Below are positions 38,164 through 49,714 of a stretch of 64,000 nt of DNA, piece by piece (position 1 is the first letter of the stretch; each line of letters begins with the position of its first letter). Location: contig CM060734.1 in assembly GCA_030704615.1 (NCBI GenBank), positions 15,686,001 to 15,750,000 on the forward strand, written 5' to 3'. A program made the translations under genes and the position numbers. The notes below the pieces were generated by a model. It was not told the DNA's origin and made no database searches. It saw nothing but the letters and a program-made list of their open reading frames with translations. Origin of the DNA: Takakia lepidozioides. Taxonomy: Eukaryota; Plantae; Bryophyta.

Positions 38164-38997
38164 GTCCAATGATACAAAGAACCCAAAACTATACTAGTTT
38201 TGGGCCAACAATAAATGAGGATGGTTGGTTATGCCTTGGTATGTAAGCTGACCAAAAAATACAGACTGAATGACATGGCATGTCATGAATGGCACTTTTT
38301 AGCATGCTGAACAATGGTTTTCTACGATGAACAGTGGTAATCGAGTCTCTAATTTTTCCCACCCCCCCCCACCCAGAGACTTCATTGACTTTGAAGTCTG
38401 GGATTTGTCATAAAGCTGACTTGTGAATGAAGAATGGTTGATAATGCCTTGTTATGAGGCTGATTTGTCGTTAATTTTACAATGACCTTGTCAGGTCTTT
38501 GTCCATGTCTCGACAAGACATAAGTATCTTCCCTCTCTGATTTAGACCAGTGTACTTGGTGGTTCTTGTACACATCATCAACCAATCTCCCTTCTGTTTT
38601 CAGTTTTATGTTTGATTTACTAACACCTTGGTCTGAGCATGACAAAAGGTTATCAAATATGTTCCTGATTGAAGTGATGAACCCAAGGCAATGGGAAGGC
38701 CAAAGCCATGAGATATCAGCCTCCTCCTCTACCGCCATGACCATGGTGTGGAGCAAGCAAGTCCTTCATAAGGTAAGATCTTCTCCAGCAAAAATATGTT
38801 GGCTAATTGGGCATGGACAGTAAGGCATCCTTGAAGGTACCTGAGATAAGCATAGAACATCTATAGGGCTTCTGAATGCTGAAATTTGGAGCTAGGCCTT
38901 GGTACGACAGCCTGCTGGAGTAGACGTGTACACCTCATACATGATCCGGTCAGTGCACATTACTCTTGTTTGCCGGTCCCATGTAGCCGATGCCTTG
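38164..38997 (-). repeat. Inverted partial copy of the 1.345-kb unit
   Basis: Reverse complement of unit positions equivalent to 40110-40942. Confidence 0.95.
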
Positions 38998-39000
38998 CTT

Positions 39001-42000
39001 ACTTGCTTGCTCCACACCATGGTCATGGCGGTAGAGGAGGCTGATATCTCATGGCTTTGGCCTTCCCATTGCCTTGGGTTCATCACTTCAATCAGGAACA
39101 TATTTGATAACCTTTTGTCATGCTCAGACCAAGGTGTTAGTAAATCAAACATAAAACTGAAAACAGAAGGGAGATTGGTTGATGATGTGTACAAGAACCA
39201 CCAAGTACACTAGTCTAAATCAGAGAGGGAAGATACTTATGTCTTGTCGAGACATGGACAAAGACCTGACAAGGTCATTGTAAAATTAACGACAAATCAG
39301 CCTCATAACAAGGCATTATCAACCATTCTTCATTCACAAGTCAGATTTATGACAAATCCCAGACTTCAAAGTCAATGAAGTCTCTGGGTGGGGGGGGGTG
39401 GGAAAAATTAGAGACTCGATTACCACTGTTCATAGTAGGAAACCATTGTTCAGCATGCTAAAAAGTGCCATTCATGACATGCCATGTCATTCAGTCTGTA
39501 TTTTTTGGTCAGCTTACATACCAAGGCATAACCAACCATCCTCATTTATTGTTGGCCCAAAAACTAGTATAGTTTTGGGTTCTTTGTATCATTGGACCTA
39601 GCCATATTTTGGGTACCACATGTGTACAAAACCAATGGGGGTAGGTTTAGGCAATGAATTTTTCTGCCATTGGCATGTTCCAAGTTGGCAAGTTGTGACA
39701 CAAACGAAGGTACATCAACACATACATCAAAATGTAGAGTTTTACCTTTTAGTTTATATATAAGCTCTGGTGACCGGAAGAAGAGGCCAGTGAAGGAACC
39801 CTCAATTCCCGAGGTCATAAAGTAACAATCAGGAAAGAATCTTATATCAAACTTTTAGTGTTTACCCACCCCTTGTTTTGGGTAAAACATGTGTACAAAA
39901 CCAAAGGGGGCAGGTATTGGGACTTAGGTAATGAAGTCTGGCAGGGGTTTACCACCTGGTATTCAGACAAAACATCTACCAGCAGCATATCAGAATTGGG
40001 TATTTTTTTATGGTGCTATAAAGAGCAAAGCCATAACCAGGAGAAACATAGAAACATTTGAGCCAAAGAAAGGAACTCATTCGTATCATAAGGTATCTAA
40101 ATCTGACATAAGGCATCGGCTACATGGGACCGGCAAACAAGAGTAATGTGCACTGACCGGATCATGTATGAGGTGTACACGTCTACTCCAGCAGGCTGTC
40201 GTACCAAGGCCTAGCTCCAAATTTCAGCATTCAGAAGCCCTATAGATGTTCTATGCTTATCTCAGGTACCTTCAAGGATGCCTTACTCTCCATGCCCAAT
40301 TAGCCAACATATTTTTGCTGGAGAAGATCTTACCTTATGAAGGACTTGCTTGCTCCACACCATGGTCATGGCGGTAGAGGAGGCTGATATCTCATGGCTT
40401 TGGCCTTCCCATTGCCTTGGGTTCATCACTTCAATCAGGAACATATTTGATAACCTTTTGTCATGCTCAGACCAAGGTGTTAGTAAATCAAACATAAAAC
40501 TGAAAACAGAAGGGAGATTGGTTGATGATGTGTACAAGAACCACCAAGTACACTGGTCTAAATCAGAGAGGGAAGATACTTATGTCTTGTCGAGACATGG
40601 ACAAAGACCTGACAAGGTCATTGTAAAATTAACGACAAATCAGCCTCATAACAAGGCATTATCAACCATTCTTCATTCACAAGTCAGATTTATGACAAAT
40701 CCCAGACTTCAAAGTCAATGAAGTCTCTGGGTGGGGGGGGGGGGTGGGGAAAATTAGAGACTCGATTACCACTGTTCATAGTAGGAAACCATTGTTCAGC
40801 ATGCTAAAAAGTGCCATTCATGACATGCCATGTCATTCAGTCTGTATTTTTGGTCAGCTTACATACCAAGGCATAACCAACCATCCTCATTTATTGTTGG
40901 CCCAAAAACTAGTATAGTTTTGGGTTCTTTGTATCATTGGACCTAGCCCATATTTTTGGGTACCACATGTGTACAAAACCAATGGGGGTAGGTTTAGGCA
41001 ATGAATTTTTCTGCCATTGGCATGTTCCAAGTTGGCAAGTTGTGACACAAACGAAGGTACATCAACACATACATCAAAATGTAGAGTTTTACCTTTTAGT
41101 TTATATATAAGCTCTGGTGACCGGAAGAAGAGGCCAGTGAAGGAACCCTCAATTCCCGAGGTCATAAAGTAACAATCAGGAAAGAATCTTATATCAAACT
41201 TTTAGTGTTTACCCACCCCTTGTTTTGGGTAAAACATGTGTACAAAACCAAAGGGGGCAGGTATTGGGACTTAGGTAATGAAGTCTGGCAGGGGTTTACC
41301 ACCTGGTATTCAGACAAAACATCTACCAGCAGCATATCAGAATTGGGTATTTTTTATGGTGCTATAAAGAGCAAAGCCATAACCAGGAGAAACATAGAAA
41401 CATTTGAGCCAAAGAAAAGGAACTCATTCGTATCATAAGGTATCTAAATCTGACATAAGGCATCGGCTACATGGGACCGGCAAACAAGAGTAATGTGCAC
41501 TGACCGGATCATGTATGAGGTGTACACGTCTACTCCAGCAGGCTGTCGTACCAAGGCCTAGCTCCAAATTTCAGCATTCAGAAGCCCTATAGATGTTCTA
41601 TGCTTATCTCAGGTACCTTCAAGGATGCCTTACTCTCCATGCCCAATTAGCCAACATATTTTTGCTGGAGAAGATCTTACCTTATGAAGGACTTGCTTGC
41701 TCCACACCATGGTCATGGCGGTAGAGGAGGCTGATATCTCATGGCTTTGGCCTTCCCATTGCCTTGGGTTCATCACTTCAATCAGGAACATATTTGATAA
41801 CCTTTTGTCATGCTCAGACCAAGGTGTTAGTAAATCAAACATAAAACTGAAAACAGAAGGGAGATTGGTTGATGATGTGTACAAGAACCACCAAGTACAC
41901 CGGTCTAAATCAGAGAGGGAAGATACTTATGTCTTGTCGAGACATGGACAAAGACCTGACAAGGTCATTGTAAAATTAACGACAAATCAGCCTCATAACA

Positions 42001-45000
42001 AGGCATTATCAACCATTCTTCATTCACAAGTCAGATTTATGACAAATCCCAGACTTCAAAGTCAATGAAGTCTCTGGGTGGGGGGGGTGGGAAAAATTAG
42101 AGACTCGATTACCACTGTTCATAGTAGGAAACCATTGTTCAGCATGCTAAAAAGTGCCATTCATGACATGCCATGTCATTCAGTCTGTATTTTTTGGTCA
42201 GCTTACATACCAAGGCATAACCAACCATCCTCATTTATTGTTGGCCCAAAAACTAGTATAGTTTGGGTTCTTTGTATCATTGGACCTAGCCCATATTTTG
42301 GGTACCACATGTGTACAAAACCAATGGGGGTAGGTTTAGGCAATGAATTTTTCTGCCATTGGCATGTTCCAAGTTGGCAAGTTGTGACACAAACGAAGGT
42401 ACATCAACACATACATCAAAATGTAGAGTTTTACCTTTTAGTTTATATATAAGCTCTGGTGACCGGAAGAAGAGGCCAGTGAAGGAACCCTCAATTCCCG
42501 AGGTCATAAAGTAACAATCAGGAAAGAATCTTATATCAAACTTTTAGTGTTTACCCACCCCTTGTTTTGGGTAAAACATGTGTACAAACCAAAGGGGGCA
42601 GGTATTGGGACTTAGGTAATGAAGTCTGGCAGGGGTTTACCACCTGGTATTCAGACAAAACATCTACCAGCAGCATATCAGAATTGGGTATTTTTTATGG
42701 TGCTATAAAGAGCAAAGCCATAACCAGGAGAAACATAGAAACATTTGAGCCAAAGAAAAGGAACTCATTCGTATCATAAGGTATCTAAATCTGACATAAG
42801 GCATCGGCTACATGGGACCGGCAAACAAGAGTAATGTGCACTGACCGGATCATGTATGAGGTGTACACGTCTACTCCAGCAGGCTGTCGTACCAAGGCCT
42901 AGCTCCAAATTTCAGCATTCAGAAGCCCTATAGATGTTCTATGCTTATCTCAGGTACCTTCAAGGATGCCTTACTCTCCATGCCCAATTAGCCAACATAT
43001 TTTTGCTGGAGAAGATCTTACCTTATGAAGGACTTGCTTGCTCCACACCATGGTCATGGGGTAGAGGAGGCTGATATCTCATGGCTTTGGCCTTCCCATT
43101 GCCTTGGGTTCATCACTTCAATCAGGAACATATTTGATAACCTTTTGTCATGCTCAGACCAAGGTGTTAGTAAATCAAACATAAAACTGAAAACAGAAGG
43201 GAGATTGGTTGATGATGTGTACAAGAACCACCAAGTACACCGGTCTAAATCAGAGAGGGAAGATACTTATGTCTTGTCGAGACATGGACAAAGACCTGAC
43301 AAGGTCATTGTAAAATTAACGACAAATCAGCCTCATAACAAGGCATTATCAACCATTCTTCATTCACAAGTCAGATTTATGACAAATCCCAGACTTCAAA
43401 GTCAATGAAGTCTCTGGGGGGGGGGGGTGGGAAAAATTAGAGACTCGATTACCACTGTTCATAGTAGGAAACCATTGTTCAGCATGCTAAAAAGTGCCAT
43501 TCATGACATGCCATGTCATTCAGTCTGTATTTTTTGGTCAGCTTACATACCAAGGCATAACCAACCATCCTCATTTATTGTTGGCCCAAAAACTAGTATA
43601 GTTTTGGGTTCTTTGTATCATTGGACCTAGCCCATATTTTTGGGTACCACATGTGTACAAAACCAATGGGGGTAGGTTTAGGCAATGAATTTTTCTGCCA
43701 TTGGCATGTTCCAAGTTGGCAAGTTGTGACACAAACGAAGGTACATCAACACATACATCAAAATGTGTAGAGTTTATTTAGTTTAATATAAGGCCAGTGA
43801 AGAAGAAATTCCCGAGGAAGTAACTCAAAAGAGGAAAGAATAATCAAATCTTATATCAAACTTTTAGTGTTTACCCACCCCTTGTTTTGGGTAAACATGT
43901 GTACAAAACCAAAGGGGGCAGGTATTGGGACTTAGGTAATGAAGTCTGGCAGGGGTTTACCACCTGGTATTCAGACAAAACATCTACCAGCAGCATATCA
44001 GAATTGGGTATTTTTTATGGTGCTATAAAGAGCAAAGCCATAACCAGGAGAAACATAGAAACATTTGAGCCAAAGAAAAGGAACTCATTCGTATCATAAG
44101 GTATCTAAATCTGACATAAGGCATCGGCTACATGGGACCGGCAAACAAGAGTAATGTGCACTGACCGGATCATGTATGAGGTGTACACGTCTACTCCAGC
44201 AGGCTGTCGTACCAAGGCCTAGCTCCAAATTTCAGCATTCAGAAGCCCTATAGATGTTCTATGCTTATCTCAGGTACCTTCAAGGATGCCTTACTCTCCA
44301 TGCCCAATTAGCCAACATATTTTTGCTGGAGAAGATCTTACCTTATGAAGGACTTGCTTGCTCCACACCATGGTCATGGCGGTAGAGGAGGCTGATATCT
44401 CATGGCTTTGGCCTTCCCATTGCCTTGGGTTCATCACTTCAATCAGGAACATATTTGATAACCTTTTGTCATGCTCAGACCAAGGTGTTAGTAAATCAAA
44501 CATAAAACTGAAAACAGAAGGGAGATTGGTTGATGATGTGTACAAGAACCACCAAGTACACCGGTCTAAATCAGAGAGGGAAGATACTTATGTCTTGTCG
44601 AGACATGGACAAAGACCTGACAAGGTCATTGTAAAATTAACGACAAATCAGCCTCATAACAAGGCATTATCAACCATTCTTCATTCACAAGTCAGATTTA
44701 TGACAAATCCCAGACTTCAAAGTCAATGAAGTCTCTGGGGGGGGGGGGTGGGAAAAATTAGAGACTCGATTACCACTGTTCATAGTAGGAAACCATTGTT
44801 CAGCATGCTAAAAAGTGCCATTCATGACATGCCATGTCATTCAGTCTGTATTTTTTGGTCAGCTTACATACCAAGGCATAACCAACCATCCTCATTTATT
44901 GTTGGCCCAAAAACTAGTATAGTTTTGGGTTCTTTGTATCATTGGACCTAGCCCATATTTTTGGGTACCACATGTGTACAAAACCAATGGGGGTAGGTTT

Positions 45001-45603
45001 AGGCAATGAATTTTTCTGCCATTGGCATGTTCCAAGTTGGCAAGTTGTGACACAAACGAAGGTACATCAACACATACATCAAAATGTAGAGTTTTACCTT
45101 TTAGTTTATATATAAGCTCTGGTGACCGGAAGAAGAGGCCAGTGAAGGAACCCTCAATTCCCGAGGTCATAAAGTAACAATCAGGAAAGAATCTTATATC
45201 AAACTTTTAGTGTTTACCCACCCCTTGTTTTGGGTAAAACATGTGTACAAAACCAAAGGGGGCAGGTATTGGGACTTAGGTAATGAAGTCTGGCAGGGGT
45301 TTACCACCTGGTATTCAGACAAAACATCTACCAGCAGCATATCAGAATTGGGTATTTTTTATGGTGCTATAAAGAGCAAAGCCATAACCAGGAGAAACAT
45401 AGAAACATTTGAGCCAAAGAAAAGGAACTCATTCGTATCATAAGGTATCTAAATCTGACATAAGGCATCGGCTACATGGGACCGGCAAACAAGAGTAATG
45501 TGCACTGACCGGATCATGTATGAGGTGTACACGTCTACTCCAGCAGGCTGTCGTACCAAGGCCTAGCTCCAAATTTCAGCATTCAGAAAGCCCTATAGAT
45601 GTT
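39001..45603 (+). repeat. ~1.345-kb tandem array, left block
   Basis: Marker AGGCATCGGCTAC at 40111, 41458, 42799, 44119, 45463; units near-identical. Confidence 0.97.
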
Positions 45604-46494
45604 TGTTAGAGGACTGTCGGGGACTTAGACACTTATAAGGGATCTGTAGGGTACCCTTAATTTTTGCACAGACTGAGACCAACAGGAGCCTTAGGGATGA
45701 CAGCAGCGCACTGTAGAAGGGGGTTACACAGCCGTCACAGTCGTCACAGCCGACACAGCCAACACAGCCCGTCACAGTCGTCACAGCCGACACAACCAAC
45801 ACAGCCGTCACAGTCGTCACAGCCCACACAGCCAACACAGCCGTCACAGTCGTCACAGCCCACACAGCCAACACAGCCCGTCACAGTCGTCACAACCGAC
45901 ACAGCCAACACAGCCCGTCCACAGTCGTCACAGCCGACACAGCCGATACAGCCCGGCACAGCCACACAGCCAGTCAGAGCCCGACACAGCCAAACACAGT
46001 CGCACAGCCAGTCAAGCCCGTCACAGTTTCACACAGCCAGTCACAGCTTGACACAGCTGTCACGATCATAGGGAAGAAGAGTAGGACAGGGAACGACTGT
46101 GGGGAACAACACCTGCGAAGGGAACATGTTAGTTCACAGACGACGGTTAGTGAGGGAAACGGTTAGAACCGCGGATAGGAAGATAAAGGGAGAAGAAACG
46201 GGGAATTGAGGGACATCATTCGGAGGAGGGACTTCTTGGTGATAGAGGAGAGGGGATCGGGCAGAGATGAGGAATGGAAGTGAAGATAGAGAGATGATGA
46301 TATTGTAGAGCAGATTAGAGACACAATGGCTTCGGCCTGATACCTGATAAATCATAATCGGATACTTTTACGATACAATCACACTGTGTAGAGAGATCTG
46401 AGTGAAGCTGTGAAATGAAATGGATGAGCTGATGAAATCCAATAGATTGATAAAGCAAACTGATACTTAATTATCAATGGTAAGATAGCTAACA
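45604..46494 (+). repeat. 5' LTR (891 bp)
   Basis: TGTTAG...CTAACA terminal inverted repeat; CACAGCC/CACAGTCGT 9-mer tract at 45727-46060. Confidence 0.85.
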
Positions 46495-46550
46495 TGAATA
46501 CCAAAAGGGAAACAAATAGGAACACCCCCATGATACACTAGCTGTAGGTC

Positions 46551-49500
46551 ATGACTGATTGTTCTGCGCGGGCTGAGTACTTAGAGATTTCCAACTCTTC
46601 TATCTTGGAGTTTCCGCCTCGAATAGCGAAGGGATGGGTGAGTAAAAGCCGCGCGACATTTGGCGACCATACTGGGGACCTGAGACATGAACAACCAGAT
46701 GTGACAGGCATCTGGTGGGATCATGGTGGTTGGACCATTAAAGAATTTGAAGTGAATCAAATTCCCTGTGGAACGAAGGAAGAAAGATTGTCCAAACAAT
46801 TCTTTCAAAGATTCTTGGAATTGCCAGACGGTTGTAAAGAAAATATTCTTAAACGAGTGCATGATGCTGATCCAGAATGGGGTCTGGAGAAAGGAGTGAT
46901 AAAGATTTATCAGGTAGCCTGTAGAGGAAGAGCACGTTGGTTACCAACATTGGTTTATGTGATAGCATTGCTATCCATTAAACGAGTGAGTTTGAAGGCT
47001 GGGAAGAAAGAAAGGTGAATGTTTATACTCATATGCATGAGAGCTTGTACTGGTAAAGAATTGGATTCCAAAGGATATTTTGTGGATCAAACTCACACCA
47101 AGAATAGCTTTTCAGACTTGTTTGCCATATGGTTATATGGTAACGGAGACTTCAAGTATAGCCAAGGGTGCATTGAGCTTGAAAGAAAACCCAGGCATAT
47201 ACGAGAGATATTACAGAAGAGAGTTTTGGTTATTGCCACATTAAAAGAAATGAAAGACATGGGACATGAGTGATGAAAGAGAAGTAGACGACAGAGATAT
47301 TCAGCAAAAAGAGAAAGCTATCTGAAAGCTAATTATCCATATCTTTGGGAGAGAGGAATAGACATAGGGGAATCATCTGGACCTCTCACACCATTAAGAT
47401 CAAAGAGGCTGCATCAACTATACCGGAAGAACTAGAGTTGGATGCCACTCCTTCTGTTCTTTGCAAGAAAGATTTAAGGAATTGGTACAGGAAGAAGATC
47501 AATCACGAGGTGAAAGATCTGAGGTACATCCTTGGATAAAAGACTTGACAGAAATCTTTGATAAGAGTTGGCATGGAACACCAAAAGCAGGAACTCCAGT
47601 TTCTGAAGCAGAAGGTGAAGAAGGAGAAGAGGATTGTGGCAGAGCCAACGGAGAGTTCAGACTCTCCAACACCATTACAGTTGAGTTACATGAGTGAAGA
47701 AGAACCCAAGGCAGAACTTGGAGGATGAAAACAGAGAGAAGAAATTAGAAGAGGAAGAATATGAAGAAGTAGACCCAACAGCTGAGGTTGAGACTACAAC
47801 CAGGACATCCCAACCGTTGGACCTGGATCAAGTGGAGCACTTGGATCACAGGCCAACGAAGGTGTCGGCTCAGGGGGATCAGGCGGGCTGCCTGGATCTG
47901 GCTCTGGGGACAGGGAGTGTGGGAAGTAGTAGTGCAACTGAAGCTGGGAATACTGTGAATATGTGGGGCCCAGAAGCAAGGAGTGCTCAAGGGCCACCAC
48001 TTGGTGGAAGATCCACCACAAAAACAACAGGTCCAGAAGGACCAGCACCAGCAAGGGTGCCAGCACCTGTCAGTGGGCAGAAGGAAGGTAGGGCCCGCAA
48101 AGATGGGTTACAAACCAACAGGGCAAAACCACCTTTCCAATATATTCAGGAAAAGGGGATCCCGATGTACACATTAGCCAATTTGAGCACATGTGTAAGT
48201 GAACAATGAGAATGACGATGATGCAAGATGAGACTGTTTCCTTGTTCACTTATCAGAAAGCAAGTGAATGGTATGCAGATGATTCCCTGATAATCATTTC
48301 CTAACCTGGAATGGCTTGAATACAACATTTCGAAATAGTTCAGGACAAGTAAAACTGAGGATGAAGTGTATGGAAGTTTACAACAGCTGAAGCAGAAGAA
48401 GCATGAAACTGTTTAAGAGTATATGGAGAAGATGGAATTGATGATGAAAAAAGCTGGCTGCAGTACCAGCGCCCGGTTTACAGAAGACTTGGTTTGTGAG
48501 TGGATTAAGACCAGAGTTGCAAAAGAAGTGATATGTTACCTACCCATAATACAGTGGATGAGGCATTTGAAACTGCGAACAGAATTGAGCAATTGGGAAT
48601 GCTCAGGAGAGAAAAAAAGAAGATGAGGACTCTGAGGATGAGTCAGATGAAGAAGAAGAGCAAGAACTAAAAGAAAGAGTAAGAGAAAGGAGAAGTTGAA
48701 GAGGGATATATGAAAAAAATTGGAAGAAATCTTGAAGAATATGCCACAGAGGCTGCAACACATTGGAGGAAGGGTGTATGGTGTGCAAAGTGCCAGAATG
48801 AAGGCCATACCACCACAGAATGCCACATGAAGGAGAAACACTGTACTATCTGTAAAGGGATAACCATTCTACTGAGAATTGTTACTACAACAGAAGGACA
48901 GCTGCAAGAGAACCTAGGCAAGTAAGGGTGCATCAGGTGCAGCCCAGCCAAGAAGAAACAATGATCAGGACCACTATGGTAGGTCTGGTGGTTATAACAA
49001 TGGCATGGAAGGGAGAGGTAATTCAAGAGGGAATTACCAAGGAAATCCAGAGGCAACTATCAGGGTAATCCAAGGGGGATTACCAGCCCGGGAATCAGGA
49101 TTATAGAAATAATCCAAGAACAGACCAAGGGCGAGGACCCAATGGTGAAGAGCTATGTTACTATATTGTAATCAGCCAGGACATCGCAAGGCAGCCTGTT
49201 CATTCTGGATAAGACACCAGAATGAGATGAGAGCTCATGTGAATGAGGGCCCAGTGGTGGCAGCTCACATGGTTAGGCCATGTGTTGTACCAGAAGTAAG
49301 TACAATGATAGTAATAAGAAGTAAAGCCAAACTAATACCTCCCAGTAGAAGAGGAAGAAGATGAGACTGGAAGTGGCAATGATATGCCTGAAGATGAAGA
49401 GACTTGGAAATATGAGAAGGAACTGCACAAGGAAGTGGCAGATACTATAAGGGATGCAAAAGAGTACTGATATTCCTGTGGCAGATTCCTCTGATTCGGA

Positions 49501-49706
49501 TGGAGAAAAAGAAGGGTGAGGAAGAAAGGAAAAAAGAAGATGCAGACATGCAAAGTAATGAAGAGACTTTGGCTGAAGTAATATGTCAGACCAAAGCAGA
49601 AATTACCATTGGACAGCTATTAGCTGTGGCACCTTATTGTAGGCACAGGCTGTATCAAGCAATCAATCAAATTCGAATGCCCAAGAGACAGGAAACACAG
49701 ACCTGA
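46551..49706 (+). pseudogene. gag region (frameshifted) with three CCHC zinc knuckles
   Basis: CAKCQNEGHTTTEC (~48780), CTICKG..HSTENC (~48842), CYYCNQPGHRKAAC (~49156). Confidence 0.75.
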
Positions 49707-49714
49707 ACAGCAAG

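Noticed and set aside
39179-39270. Box C/D snoRNA-like motifs (TGATGA...CTGA) in the array unit
   Set aside because: No terminal stem or recognisable rRNA antisense element
40350-40721. 123-aa and 84-aa ORFs recurring in every array unit as a multicopy gene
   Set aside because: Recurrence just reflects unit identity; the 123-aa ORF has no ATG at its annotated start, one copy has a stop, and no intact domain is evident
45593-46071. Cys-rich (CVGCDDCDG) and SQPTQ ORFs
   Set aside because: Translations of the LTR 9-mer microsatellite; the same applies at 58011-58424
46495-46510. Primer-binding site after the 5' LTR
   Set aside because: TGAATACCAAAAG only loosely resembles TGGTATCAGAG; cannot assign a tRNA
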